From Dimorphilus gyrociliatus (Eukaryota > Animalia > Annelida), in the NCBI GenBank assembly GCA_904063045.1, contig CAJFCJ010000021.1:496001-560000 (forward strand): 64,000 nt of DNA, written 5' to 3'. Below, in pieces: positions 1-13,981 of this stretch. The notes under the pieces are model-generated. The model was not told the origin of the DNA and did no database searches. It saw only the letters and a program-made list of their open reading frames with translations. The stretch's first letter is position 1, and every line of letters begins with the position of its first letter. A program made the translations under genes and the position numbers.

Positions 1-2202
1 ATAACTAGGAAAATATTTTGATATAATTGGCTATCGTATGAGTTTTAAAAATTATTGAAGTCAGAACAAGAATAAGAAGAAAGAGAGTATCTTTCTTTTC
101 CTACTTTCATTCTTATAATTTTCTCCATAAAATCATATAGATTACCTTTCATCATAAGTAACTATTGTTGAAATGTTCTAATAAAACATTCACATCTCTT
201 AAATTGGAAAAGAGACGCCTAATTTTTGTTCTATACAGTATATACTTTAAAGATTGTATAGTTTAGATCATTTTTAAAAAACTATCATAATCTTAATATA
301 ATCACTGCTATAAATCAGACAGTACCGGTTTTACTGCTTTATAAACATATTTGTCTATTTTTTTCAGTTTTTTTCCCCTAAAATTGCTTATCTTACCTAC
401 TTCAGAATTATAAATAGTAATTTCTTTTTTATCAATCTCTAACTTTTAACTTTATGCTGAAATTTTACTTTTTTTTAATAGTTTTTCTGATAAAAATAAT
501 ACTAATACAACAAAAAGAAATTAGGAATTAGGAATTTATGAATTCAGCTGAAAAAATAAAACTTGATGAATCATATTTGATTAATATAGACATAATAACG
601 ATATGTTGGTAAATCAACAGAAATTACTTTAGTGCTATTATTTATGTAATTACTCTGTAAAAATCTCTCTCTCTCTTTCTTTCTCTAAAGAAACCATACT
701 ATTCCAAAAATTGCCCTATAAACTACTGATATACTACAAAAATTATATCATTAGTTTGGTAATAAATACTTCCAAGAAATGGGAAGAAATGTTTCTATTT
801 CTAACTTTAAAAGAAAAACAAATTTGCCAATTTCAATTATATCGCTCAAGAAGACAAGCTGAACTAGCCATCAACCTATGTAAAAACGCAAGAGGAAAAT
901 ACTATCTGTATTAAATATATATATATATATACAGTATTATAAGATTATATGCAAAAACGTCTAATTAAATTGCTCTGCTAATGAACACCAGATGTTCAAA
1001 CATTTTAAAATATCTCTAAAGAAAATTAACTGTTTTCCATCTATTTTTTTTTCTCCATAATTTTTGTCCTTCTTATCAAACCTATCAGACCTTAATATCT
1101 GCGCGTCTATATTGTTGTTATAGATGTAGATTATCAACTATGATTGTAGGATACAAAGTTCTTATGGCGTGTGCTAATATATCTTTTATTAAATTAAATT
1201 CTTCTGGGAAGAGTAGTAAGAAAACTTTATAGCATGAAGATTTGAGATTTTAAATTTGAAGGAAAAAAAGCGAATTTAGATATCCTTTCTCTCTTAGAAG
1301 TAACAGACAGGAAAATGATCTCCTAAAGAGAGAGAGAAAGAGTCAGGGTAAAAAAGAAAGACTTGGTTTATTATATTGTTGTACAATGAAGGGAATATTG
1401 ATTTTTCTTTTAGGATCTTTTTCATTTCTTAGTACATTTTAAGGTGAGTTTTCTTTGAAGAATTTACTCTGAAGTGAATTTATGAAAATCGTAATTCACA
1501 AAGAAAATTGACTTTAAAGTTCTTCCTGAATATAATTAAATTAAATAAAATCTTATAAAATAAACTCTTGTGTGTGTTATATACTGAAGAACTGATATAC
1601 TCTGATTTATCGCTTGCATGTAAAAGTCTACAACGAATCATACGTATTGATAACAAAGGCTAAATGCTCAAAGACATATAACCACTAAACTTGTTCTTTC
1701 TTGCTTTCTTTTTCTTATCCAAAAAATTAAGCTAGTAATTGATAAGAATACTCTTTCTAATTTCAGCAATAAAGTATGTAATCTGGTTTCCATAGTTACT
1801 TTGAAAATGTTTTCAACGTTTCCTTCAACTTTTTTGTGATATATATATTATGTTTCCTTACTTGTGTATCTTCTTTTCAAGTTGTATCTTCTAGATCTTC
1901 TCTTTTCCGGATAATTTCTATAAAATTATGATTCCGTTAGTCGATCCATTACAAAGTGTAAGATAGGCCAACACTATTTTCCCGAAAAGTTAAAACTTTC
2001 GCCATTATCAATAGAAATTTGACTTAAGCAATATCATTATCATTTTATATCTTTCTTAACATTTTTGAATACTTCTTAAGATTTCACCTTAAAAAAATAA
2101 GGACTGAATTAATGTTTTTTCACATAACCTAGAATTGCTTAAATGATATTCCATACTGTCTTTTAAAAGCAAGCAAATGTTTAAGTAAACTATTTCTAGA
2201 CG

Positions 2203-2206
<4 letters not shown>

Positions 2207-2238
<32 letters not shown>
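2207..2238. repeat. (TA)n microsatellite
   Basis: Pure at-dinucleotide run visible in the sequence. Confidence 0.95.
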
Positions 2239-2242
<4 letters not shown>

Positions 2243-3156
2243 TACAATAACGATGAATTATACATATAATAGTCTCTTCTTATTCCTGTAAAAGTGCATA
2301 GTTATGCAAACCAATTAATTAATATATACATATAAACAATATATACACTGTATATACTTATGTAAATATACAGTACACACTGTACTATACAAATAGTATA
2401 TGATATTTTTATCTAACTTATAATAATTCATAACGTAAGTTGTTTCTTTAAATTTTCAGAATAGAAAATAAGAGAAAATTTGAAAGATGACAAAATCTTC
2501 AAAGTCATAAAGCTCTCCTTTCACTATTCCTGACAATTCAACTTGTAAAGTATTAATCATATAATTATAACACGCATTTAACAATAAAGAAAACTACTGA
2601 AAGGTTTACTATTTCTTTTCTACAGGTACTAGCTAAATATACCTGATAAGGAAATTAGATCAATTGATCATTATAATATGTTTAAACAAAAATCAAGTGG
2701 ATACAATAGGTAATATTTACAAGTATAGATTCTTTATTTATATTTACAGATGTATACAAATGTATACAGATATATTACACATTCAAACACTTTGGACTTT
2801 GTTGGGGGAAAATTGCTCATTTTTTTATTATGACCTAACTTTATTAAATATAGCATCTTAATCCTAATTGTTAAACCGAATAATTTTTATATATTCTATA
2901 ATTATCTTACTTCACATTAAAATAATCCCTAAACCTTTCTATGTTTTCTTTGATATATAACTAATAAGGTAGAATAATCATTATAATAGTGACTAATATG
3001 CTAGTACAATGAGAAAAAGAAACGGTGTCATAAGTTTCAAGTGACCGGCCATGAGTTAGAGATAAGAAAAAAAAAATTCTTTATAAAGACATCAGTAGTT
3101 TATTTAAGTGCTTAGATCCGAGAAAGTATAAGGCTCTTCTTCAAAATTCAACAGCA

Positions 3157-4207
3157 ATGAAGGGAAAACTTTTGTTAGTTGTTTTACTAATTGCCTTTCA
3201 ATTGGAAAATGGTCTGTTTAAAACAAATAGAAACACTTTTTTCACATAACCATTCCATATTCCCTTTATAAAGGTTCTACCGAGGATATTCATGATTTCG
3301 AGAGTGCTTTAGAAACATTTTTCAATGAGAATGAAGGTAAAACTATTAAGGATAACCGCGTGCTCATCATTAGGAATTTTAACTTTCATGGTACTACCTA
3401 ATTAAAAATAGGTTCGGGATCAGGAGCAACTACAGACTCACCCACTTCACAGCCTCCGCAACTTCCAAAATCATGTAAAGAAGAAAATGTCGGAATCAAA
3501 ATTCAAGGAATTAAAACAAAAGAGGTAATATTTTATTTGGATATTTCTAATTATTCTGGAAATGTATTAATATCTTACAGTTTAATGACGTGAACAATGA
3601 TCAAGCTCATCATAGAGTAAAGCTGCAAGGAGCTTTGGCTAAAGGTATTACAAGGTATTGTAATTCTTTGGGAAAAGAATGTCCTAATGGTGCAGGCAGC
3701 ATTGAGTTAGTAACTCTTTCAATGAATTAATAATGAATTTGATTTATTTCAAATAAGTAAAATTGTTAAATTTCAGGGCCAATGATATCAAATACTCTAC
3801 AAATGTAACCGAAAGTAATAATAACCTCTTTGTTGATTTTTGTGTTGCTCGCAAATCTAGATTTGGGAATTCAAATTCCTTATTTAAAAGAAGTAAGTTA
3901 ATAGAAGTTATTAAAAGTGCTGAAGCTCAGGAAGTGATTAGGCAAGAGTATAAGCCAAGCATAAGCGTTGAAACAGCACCAAAAAAGTCAACAGGCTTGA
4001 AAGGATGGCAGATAGCTTTAATAGTAGTTGGAAGTATAATTTTTATAACTCTAGTAGCTGGTGCAATTATATATTCAAGAGGGAAGAGCAGGAAAAGGAA
4101 AGAATTGTAAGAATTGTTCAGAATATTTCTTATTTGCGTAAAAACAATGAAGTAAAACACTTGTTTTTATTTTCAGGGGACATGAGTTGAATGATTATAA
4201 TTACTAA
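3157..4207 (+). CDS. Small single-pass type-I membrane protein (~221 aa): signal peptide, acidic Ser-Gly motif, SEA-like ectodomain, TM, short Tyr-containing tail
   Basis: Hand-spliced exons 3157-3211, 3274-3336, 3412-3524, 3581-3654, 3777-4106, 4177-4207 (all GT-AG, 666 nt, frame maintained). Translation: MKGKLLLVVLLIAFQLENG...NENEGSGSGATT...CKEENVGIKIQG...LFVDFCV...GWQIALIVVGSIIFITLVAGAIIYSRGKSRKRKELGHELNDYNY*. The family assignment is inference. Confidence 0.75.
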
Positions 4208-5611
4208 AGGATTTGTTTAACTCGATTTATATATTTTTGTTGACCAGTTTAAACTATTTGGCTGCTATGCTATTATTAAATTATATTTCTTTCGTTTATG
4301 ACAAATTTGTTTCCTGGTACTTTATTACTTGAGATGTAAAGCAGAAAGGTATGGAAGCGACGGCCAACTTGATTAGAATGAATGATTAAACATGGATTAA
4401 AGTCCACAAAAAGAGAAAGACTATAATTTTGTATTTAATCATGATTATGATACTTGTAAATCAAGATAATCATACGTTGTCTGATTATAAGAGTAACTCA
4501 TTAGTTATTCGTTACATAGTTTTCCATATTCTGAAATTATTACTTGATTTTAATAAATGTTGTTTATTTTTTATAAAAATAATGTAGATAGAAGTAATAA
4601 CATGGATAATTTATATGTATATATAAAGATAGACTCAATGAAATGTTCAAAAAGCCACTATCTTAATTTTAATAATCAAACAAAAGACAATTTGTTATCT
4701 TTTGGGTGTGTCTTTTTTAATTTGTAAAGAAACATTATTCTATATATCATATCGTTTTTCTTATATATTCTGATGACATAGTTATTGATAAAAAATAAAA
4801 AAAAAGAGAAGCGTTTAACAGATAAAATATTAGTATTTAAAAGAAATGTTAGAAATCCATTCGAATTTTTTACTTTATGATTATCTAGTACTTATAATAT
4901 AGAAAATATCACGAAACTAGAAACTAATGGAAAAAAGCTTCTAAATCTCGTTTATGTTGATTTTATATTTACTTTTTACTCTTTTTATTTAGTTTAAAAT
5001 ACTTATTTAACACTTATGGAGAATTTCTCAGAGAACACTTTTAGGTGTTAAACAATCAATAATAATAATAATGATACAGACGTTTCTATAACACTTACTA
5101 TTTTGTATTTAAAAAAAATAGAAATCATTCATAAAACATTCACAATTTCCTTGCTTCTCAAGTACCCGTGAAACTATATTATTAAAGTATAATATAATGG
5201 CACGATAGAGACGCCATCTATTGGTTTGTTAGTGTAAATTATTTCGTAAAGGTTATTAATTGGTAAAAGCTTATAGCATGTATAATAAGTTTGTAGTATT
5301 TCCTCCTAAATTTAAGTATAAATTGTAATATGCCATAGTCTTTAGATATCAGACATTTTGTAATAAAATAAATAATAGCACTAGAGAGCGGTCAGAGGGA
5401 GTTTTTTTTATATTGATAAATAATATACTATTGTACCGTATTTGTTTCAGAATAAGTGCAAAAATTAACATTTCAAAAGGAGATTTTCGTATTGTATCAT
5501 ATATATATTCCTTTAAAAAATACGAAGTATGAAGGAATGCTCTAAAAAATTGTTCACCTTCAAACCTTTTAAATATAACATACACATATATACAGTATAT
5601 ATATTTAGGAA

Positions 5612-5670
5612 GGAGAGAGAGAGAGAGACACACACACACACACAAAGAGACAGAGAGTGAGAGAGAGAAA
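5612..5670. repeat. Compound (GA)n/(CA)n microsatellite
   Basis: gagagagagagagagacacacacacacacaaagagacagagagtgagagagag. Confidence 0.9.
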
Positions 5671-5961
5671 GAAAAAAAAGAGGTTATTAAATTAAATTAT
5701 TTAAATTGGATGAAAAAAAATAAATAGCTTCTATTTATTGTTTTTATTCCAATACTTACAATCTTATTTAGAATATTTGTTTTAAATATAATCCACTACA
5801 ATTAAAGCCAATATAAATAAGATATTTATCAAATATTAGTATATTGTAATTATTAGACCTTATTCTATTGTTTATAAATTTCAACTATTTTTAGAACGTT
5901 CTTCCCTGTCTTCTATTAGTTATAGCTAATTTTTCTTCATCACCTATAGCTTGCATTTTGT

Positions 5962-7282
5962 TCAGTCATCAGTAGCCTCCGTTTCTTCAAGATTTTCATT
6001 GTTTTCCCTAGTTTCTCTACCGCTTGTCTCAACGGTATTGTAAGAACCGCATTCGGCACATTTTAATCCGACAATATGAAATTTAGTTTTTGATTTCTGT
6101 AATAATTAAGTAATGATTTAATAAGATAGAAATAATAAATATGTTTATATAATAGTCCTACTTTATGACAATCCCCGCAATTTATCCATACTTCTAAATT
6201 GACATATTCCTCAGGCATTTCTGTCTGTTCAATTTCGTTATCTAATTGTTTCCAGAACGAAGTCATATCGGCCATTGATTCATTGCACAGTGGACATCTA
6301 AATAATCCCTTTTCAGCCATTTGTCTTTCGCAATGTTCGTGTATTAAATGACTGCATCGCAGTGTGATAAATGGTTTAATTGAATTGTGTAACGATTCCA
6401 AGCAAACAGTGCAATTATCCAAAGAAACATTACTTATACACTAAAAATTAAATAGAAGTACATAATCAAACATCAAATAATAATAATAATAATACGGATT
6501 GTATACTTTGTGCTCCTTAAAGGATTTATTGCTTAAGCAATAACCACAGTTGTCGCAATGAGTGTAATTCTCTTTTCCACCTTTTCTGTTTTAATTGAAA
6601 ATTATGAATTATTTCAAAAATAGTAGGTATTATAAATAATATAGGATAACCAACCTGCAAATACCACATCCTATACAATGAAATTTTCCATCATCTTTAC
6701 TATCAAACATTCGACAAATTTTGCAAAAGTAGGTAGCAAAATCAGTGCCACAATCTTCGCAAGAGGACTGAACCTAGACAATGTAAAAACATCTGTATAG
6801 AAAATGAAAATGAAATATCACAGCTAAATAGAGAGCTAGCAAGATAGAAAAAAAGACCAGATGATCTACGATGAACCTAAGGTTGACATGAATATCCCTA
6901 GGTCCTTCATTTCAGTAAATTTGTGAAAATTTATGGGACAAGATAAATACACGGTTTGCTAAGTAATTATTAGATTAAGACAAAAAGTAGAAGTTTCATG
7001 TATCGATATTTTTGACCGGGACTGTATAATGTAGCGCTCAAGCTAACAAAAGAATTAGTATTATTTAATAAGCAATTAGCTTAATTTAGCCTATCCCATA
7101 TCTATCGATAATCTACATTAATAAATCAAAGATATAAGAATTCGGTCATTACATTAAAAAGTTAAAAATCTACTTTCTATGAAATTATGAGAAGAAGAAT
7201 TCCCGTTAAATAAAAGTAATATTTTATTAAATATATTTATTTTTATATTTACATAACCCAATTCCCTATATTTTTACATCAG

Positions 7283-7327
<45 letters not shown>

Positions 7328-7754
7328 GTCCAGTACGTCATAAAGGTATTCACCTATATTTCCTGACAAACTTTTTACATTTCTATAAACGCCCTATTCT
7401 GCATAAATTAAATAAATCTATACATAGATTTTGAATAAGATATTTATGTTTTCTTCAAACATTTTGTTAAATAATCCCTTACTTCCTGATAAACGCTGCA
7501 TTTAAGGCATTTAATAGTCACAACTTCCTTTCTATTTAGTTCGTGATTTTCATTTTCATCGTGGCATAAACGACATACATAAGGTTTCTTGCAGCAGGGT
7601 GACTAAATTGAATTTGAAAAAATAAGAGAGAAAAGTTTCATGTAAATATAATAAAAACAATTGAATAGTGCTTACGTACAATAAGTGCACATTTTCTTTC
7701 ATAATGAGCGCAACCGTCACGTTCCGCTCTATCGTCGTTATTACCTTTTGACAT
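5962..7754 (-). CDS. RCHY1: RING finger and CHY zinc finger domain-containing protein 1 (Pirh2) E3 ubiquitin ligase
   Basis: Exons 7754-7680 (MSKG...GCAHYERKCALI), 7602-7483 (SPCCKKPYVCRLCHDENENHELNRKEV), 6773-6655 (CEDCGTDFATYFCKICRMFD), 6585-6507, 6440-6162 (RING CTVCLE...CSHLIHEHC...CPLC; WKQLDNEI) and last exon (FHIVGLKCAECGSYNT) to TGA at 5962. CHY-CTCHY-RING-zinc ribbon order matches RCHY1. Confidence 0.95.
7285..7318. repeat. (AT)n microsatellite in an RCHY1 intron
   Basis: Pure at-dinucleotide run. Confidence 0.95.
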
Positions 7755-8258
7755 GTTTTAAATATATTTAAACAAAAGGAGTGAACGATAAAAGATGAAT
7801 TGAGCGCCTTGCTTTTACTTAATGTATATCGAATAAGTTCGAAAATACGATATACGATATATATATATATATATACAGTATATACTAGTTTATAAAGAGT
7901 ATATATATAGTTTTCTATATGAAAATATATATATACAATATATATCGAAATCGATTTCAATTCTTGTCAAAATTTACATAAAGAAAGTGAATAGCATTTT
8001 TTTATTTTTGATTGCAATTTATCGAATTTTTCACATTTGATAAAGCAATTAAACTAACAAGTACGAAATTCTATTGCAAGTATCGGAGACGATAATATGT
8101 TATTTTAATTAATCTCGTCAACGTCACGCGAGATTCTCACATAGAACGAGACCTTCCGTTTTGCAATCGGTTCCTAAAGTCCGTCACAACCCGAATTATC
8201 ATACAGGAGTGAAATTCAACGGTGTTTTCTTGACTCCTGTAAATAAATTTCCTTCGAG

Positions 8259-11200
8259 ATGGCTCAGCAAGTATTGCCGATACGTTTCCAGGAGCATTTG
8301 CAGGTTATTTTTTCCTAACTAATATTTGCCGACTGTCCACGTAAACGCCCACTCATAATTTGTCATATTTTGGCAGAAATTGGGCGTATTTTGTATTGTT
8401 ATGTATTTCTAATTATTTTTCAACAATTTATTAGTCGTCTTAAGCGTTTTCCAACAGAAAATAGGGGGTTTTACAAACGTGATGAATAATCGGCCTTTGA
8501 TAATTGAACGTGCTTATGAATAATAATTTATACGTAATTTGGGAGAAATTGAGTAGTACTATTGAAATCTGTTTGAATATAGCGTCTATTGTAGCTATTA
8601 AGGATAGCAGTTGTCGTTTCTTTTTTATGCTGATCGATTGACGCCTCCTAACCCTACCGCCATCTATCGCCCATATATTATACTTGTCCTGAATCTAATC
8701 GAATGATTTTTTTTTCACCCTACAGCTGCAAAATGTTGGAATTAACGTTACCAACATTGGGTTTAGCACGCTTACAATGGAATCGGACAAGTATATTTGT
8801 GTTCGGGAGAAAGTTGGGGAAACAGCCCATGTTGTTATTATTGACCTAGCCGATACAGCAAACCCTATCAGACGTCCCATTTCAGCTGATTCAGCTATTA
8901 TGAACCCTAAGAGCAAAGTTATCGCATTAAAATCAAGCAATACTTTACAAATTTTCAACATTGAAATGAAAAGCAAGATGAAAGCGCATAACATGACAGA
9001 CGAAGTACAATTCTGGAAATGGATTAACGTTAACACAGTAGCTCTTGTCACTGAAACATCAGTATATCACTGGAGCATGGAGGGAGATTCCCAACCTCAA
9101 AAGATGTTTGATCGTAATGCCAGCATGAACGGCTGTCAAATCATAAATTATAGGACGGACCACGAACAGAAATGGCTACTCTTGGTTGGTATTTCGGCAC
9201 AACAAAATCGTGTCGTTGGAGCCATGCAATTGTATTCAGTCGATCGTAAAGTAAGTCAGCCGATAGAAGGACATGCGGCTGCTTTTTCAAAATTTAAATT
9301 ACCTGGTAACCCACATGCATCGACCATCTTCTGTTTTGCCGTTAGAAGTGCACAAGGAAATAAATTGCACGTTATCGAAGTTGGCTCTCCTCCATCTGGC
9401 AATCAACCATTCCCCAAGAAGACAGTTGAATTATTCTTTCCACCAGAAGCAAGCAACGACTTCCCAGTAGCTATGCAGGTTGGGGAAAAGTATGATGTTA
9501 TTTATTTAATAACGAAATACGGTTATATTCATTTGTACGATATTGAATCGGCTACGTGTATCTATATGAATCGCATTTCTGGAGATACCATTTTTGTTAC
9601 CGCTGGCCACGATGCTACCTCTGGTATAATTGGAGTTAACCGAAAAGGACAAGTTTTGAGCGTTTCTGTTGATGAAGAAAACATTGTCCCTTACATTACC
9701 AATAAGTTATCCAATGCCGACCTAGCTCTGAGAATGGCATCTAGAAACAATCTACCTGGAGCTGAGGATCTGTTTGTTAGACAATTCAATCAATTATTCT
9801 CAAGTGCACAATATTCTGAAGCAGCAAAAGTTGCAGCATCAGCTCCAAAGGGTATCCTACGTACCCCAGCAACCATTCAGAGATTCCAGCAAGTACCTGT
9901 TCCAGCTGGTCAAACATCTCCGATTCTCCAATATTTCGGAATACTTCTCGACCAAGGGCAATTGAATAAGTATGAAACTCTCGAACTTTGCGGTCCCGTC
10001 ATACAGCAAGGAAGAAAGCAATTAATTGAAAAATGGCTTAAAGAAGACAAATTGGAGAGTTCAGAAGAATTAGGTGATTTGGTGAAAGGAAGTGATCAGA
10101 CTCTTGCTCTCTCTATATATCTGAGAGCAAAAGTTCCAAATAAGGTTATACAATGTTTCGCAGAAACTGGCCAATTCCAAAAAATCATTCTCTACGCAAA
10201 GAAAGTCGGTCATACTCCAGATTATATCTTTTTGCTTCGCAACGTTATGCGTTTAAACCCTGATCAAGGAGCGCAATTCGCTCAAATGTTGGTTGCTGAT
10301 GATGAACCTTTAGCCGATATCAATCAGGTATATAAAGCGTTAGAAAAAAATTTAAGTAGAATTTTCAGGCAGTTAAAATTTAATCTCTCCCAATTAGATT
10401 GTTGACGTCTTTATGGAAGCCAACATGATACAGCAATGTACGTCATTCCTTTTGGATGCTTTGAAAAATAATAGACCATCAGAAGGTCACTTACAAACTC
10501 GCTTATTAGAAATGAACCTGATGTCAGCACCCCAAGTTGCTGATGCCATTTTGGGAAATCAAATGTTCACCCATTATGATCGTCCTCACATTGCTCAACT
10601 GTGTGAAAATGCCGGTCTACAACAGAGAGCTTTGGAACATTATACCGATTTATACGATATTAAGCGTGCTGTTGTCCATACACATTTACTCAACTCTGAG
10701 TGGCTCGTCAACTATTTTGGCTCGCTATCTGTCGAAGATTCTCTTGAGTGTATCAGAGCTATGCTCAATGCTAATATTCGTCAAAATTTGCAGGTTTGCG
10801 TCCAGATTGCAACAAAATATCATGAACAATTAACAACGCAAGCATTAATAGAGATTTTCGAGTCATTCAAATCTTTCGAAGGTCTTTTCTATTTCCTAGG
10901 ATCGATTGTTAACTTTAGTCAAGAGGCTGATGTTCACTTCAAATACATACAAGCAGCTTGCAAAACAGGTCAGATCAAAGAAGTTGAGAGAATCTGCAGA
11001 GAAAGCAACTGCTATGATCCAGAAAGAGTTAAGAATTTCTTAAAGGAAGCAAAACTCACCGATCAGCTTCCTTTGATCATCGTCTGCGACAGATTCGATT
11101 ACGTTCATGATCTTGTACTCTATTTGTACAGAAACACTCTTCAAAAATACATCGAAATTTACGTACAAAAGGTTAATCCATCTCGATTGCCAGTTGTGGT

Positions 11201-13981
11201 TGGTGCCCTGTTGGATGTTGACTGTCCAGAAGATGCAATCAAATCTCTAATGATGGTCGTAAGAGGTCAATTCTCGATGGATGAACTTGTCGATGAGGTG
11301 GAGAAGCGTAACAGGCTAAAATTACTTTTACCATGGCTCGAGAATTGTATTAGAGAAGGAAGCACTGATGCCGCCATTCATAGTGCTTTGGCGAAAATAT
11401 ATATCGACAGTAATAATAACCCTGATAGATTCCTGAGGGAAAACCAATTTTATGATTCAAAGATTGTTGGAAAATACTGCGAAAAGAGAGATCCTCATTT
11501 AGCTTGCGTAGCTTACGAAAGAGGCCATTGTGACATGGAACTTATTGATGTTTGCAATGAGAATTCATTGTTCAAGAGCGAAGCACGTTATTTAGTTAAG
11601 AGAAGAGACCCAGAACTATGGGCTCATGTTCTACGAGAAGAAAATCAATTCAGAAGACCGCTTATTGATCAAGTAGTCCAGACAGCACTTACTGAGAGCC
11701 AAGATCCTGATGATGTTTCAATAACCGTCAAAGCCTTTATGACGGCAGACTTACCGAATGAATTAATTGAACTATTAGAAAAATTGGTTTTGGAGAGTTC
11801 AGTGTTTAGTGAACATAGGAATCTACAAAATCTTCTTATCCTTACTGCCATCAAAGCTGACAAAACTAAAGTCATGGAATATATTACCAGATTGGACAAC
11901 TATGATGCTCCCGATATTGCGAACATAGCCATCAGTTCTGAGTTGTATGAGGAGGCATTTGCCATTTTCAAAAAATTTGATGTTAATACTTCAGCTATTG
12001 ATGTCCTTATTGATCAAGTGAACAATCTTGATAGAGCTTACGAATTTGCTGAAAAATGCAACGAACCAGCCGTTTGGAGCCGCTTGGGAGGAGCTCAGCT
12101 TAGTCACGGTTTAGTTAAGGAGGCGATTGATTCCTACATCAAAGCTGATGATCCAGCCAATTATATGGACGTTGTAAAAGCCGCTAACAAGAGCCAAAAT
12201 TGGGAAGAATTGGTTAAATATCTCCAAATGGCTAGGAAGAAGTCGAGAGAAACACTTATTGAAACGGAGCTGGTCTATGCCTATGCGAAAACCAACAGGC
12301 TTGCTGATTTGGAGGAGTTCATTTCAGGTCCAAATCATGCTAACATTACCCAGGTAGCTGACAGATGCTTCACTGAAAAGATGTATGAAGCCGCAAAACT
12401 TTTATATAACAATGTTTCAAATTTTGCCCGTTTGGCAATCACTCTCGTCCACCTCGGTGAATATCAAGGAGCTGTTGATAGCGCTAGAAAAGCAAACAGC
12501 ACTCAGACCTGGAAAGAAGTATGCTTCGCTTGTGTTGAACAAGAAGAGTTTAGACTAGCTCAAATGTGTGGTTTGAACATTGTCGTGCACGCTGATGAGC
12601 TAGAAGAGTTAATTAATTTCTATCAGGATAGAGGATATTTTGAAAAACTTATCAGCTTACTGGAGGCTTCCTTAGGTCTTGAAAGAGCGCATATGGGAAT
12701 GTTTACAGAATTAGCTATTCTCTACGCTAAGTACAAGCCACAGAAAATGAGAGAGCATTTGGAATTGTTCTGGTCTAGAGTTAATATACCGAAAGTCTTG
12801 AGAGCGGCTGAACAAGCCCATCTATGGTCCGAATTGGTATTCTTATATGATAAATACGAAGAATACGATAATGCTGTTATAACCATGATGAATCATCCGT
12901 CTGATGCCTGGAAAGAAAATCACTTTAAAGATGTTATTACTAAAGTAGCAAATGTAGAATTATACTACAAAGCTCTCCAATTTTACATCGATTATAAGCC
13001 ATTGCTGTTGAATGATTTGCTGATTGTCCTAACGCCCAGGATGGATCATACTAGGGCCGTAAACTTCTTCCAGAAGAAAAATCAATTGCCTTTGGTTAAG
13101 CCCTACCTTCGCTCCGTACAAAATTTGAACAAAAAGGCAATTAATGAAGCACTTAATCAGTTACTAATCGACGAAGAGGATTATCAAGGATTACGCACGT
13201 CAATTGAAGGATTTGACAATTTCGATACTATCAGTTTGGCTCAGAGCTTAGAAAAGCATGAATTAATTGAATTCCGTAGAATTGCAGCATACCTCTACAA
13301 GGGCAACAACAGGTGGAAGCAATCTATTGAATTGTGTAAGAAAGATCATTTGTTTAAAGACGCTATGACATATGCTGGCGAATCAAGAGATGTTGATCTG
13401 GCTGAGGATCTCATGGGATGGTTCCTCGAACAGAGTAAATTTGAATGCTTTGCATCATGCCTGTATCAATGTTACGAACTTGTCCGACCTGATGTCATAC
13501 TCGAACTGGCCTGGCGTCACCGAATTATGGATTACGCTTTCCCTTACTTTATCCAGGTGGTTAGGGAACTGTCTTCAAAGGTATTCAGATTTACTATAAG
13601 CTTGTAAAATATCTAAGTCCTATTTGACTCTAAACAGGTTGAGAAACTAGAACAATCTGAGGCATTACGAAGCGAAGCGGAAGAAAAAGCTGAAGAACGT
13701 CCAATTGCCTTGAGTGAGTATTTCCTCTACCCTCTCAAAAAATGCTAACAAAATTTGACACGTATCTTATTCCTTTAGCTGAACCGCAATTAATGATAAC
13801 GGCCGGACCGGCAATGGGTATACCACAGCAAACGGGTGCCATGTATAACGCCCCAGCCCAAGGAATACCAGCAGGAGTACCAGCAGGAGTACCAGCAGGA
13901 GCTTACATGGGTAACATGCCTAATTCTACCGGTTATGGAATGGGGATGATGCCACCTCAAGGGGGCTACGGAGGCATGTAG
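8259..13981 (+). CDS. CLTC: Clathrin heavy chain
   Basis: Exons 8259-8303 ([15 protein letters not shown]), 8726-10327, 10398-13580, 13638-~13713 and ~13779-13981. Canonical terminal domain ([13 protein letters not shown]), clathrin repeats and C-terminal QLMIT Hsc70-binding motif. Confidence 0.99.
13864..13903 (+). repeat. 12-bp coding tandem repeat (accagcaggagt, ~3 copies) encoding PAGV repeats in the clathrin C-terminal tail
   Basis: ataccagcaggagtaccagcaggagtaccagcaggagct, translated [14 protein letters not shown]. Confidence 0.85.

Noticed and set aside
1280-1288. ATATCCTTT U12-type donor matches (also ~44590 and ~48587)
   Set aside because: No paired U12 branch site or AC acceptor fitting a gene model; all traced introns are GT-AG.
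5349-5645. 98-aa minus-strand ORF
   Set aside because: Derived from GA/CA microsatellite and AT-rich sequence; low-complexity translation.
7001-7110. Two DRE-like TATCGATA palindromes
   Set aside because: They lie inside an RCHY1 intron away from any TSS and are plausible by chance in AT-rich DNA.
8695-9051. Antisense or alternative-frame ORFs over clathrin, both receptors and DOCK
   Set aside because: Short shadow ORFs with no domain content; expected opposite long coding exons.
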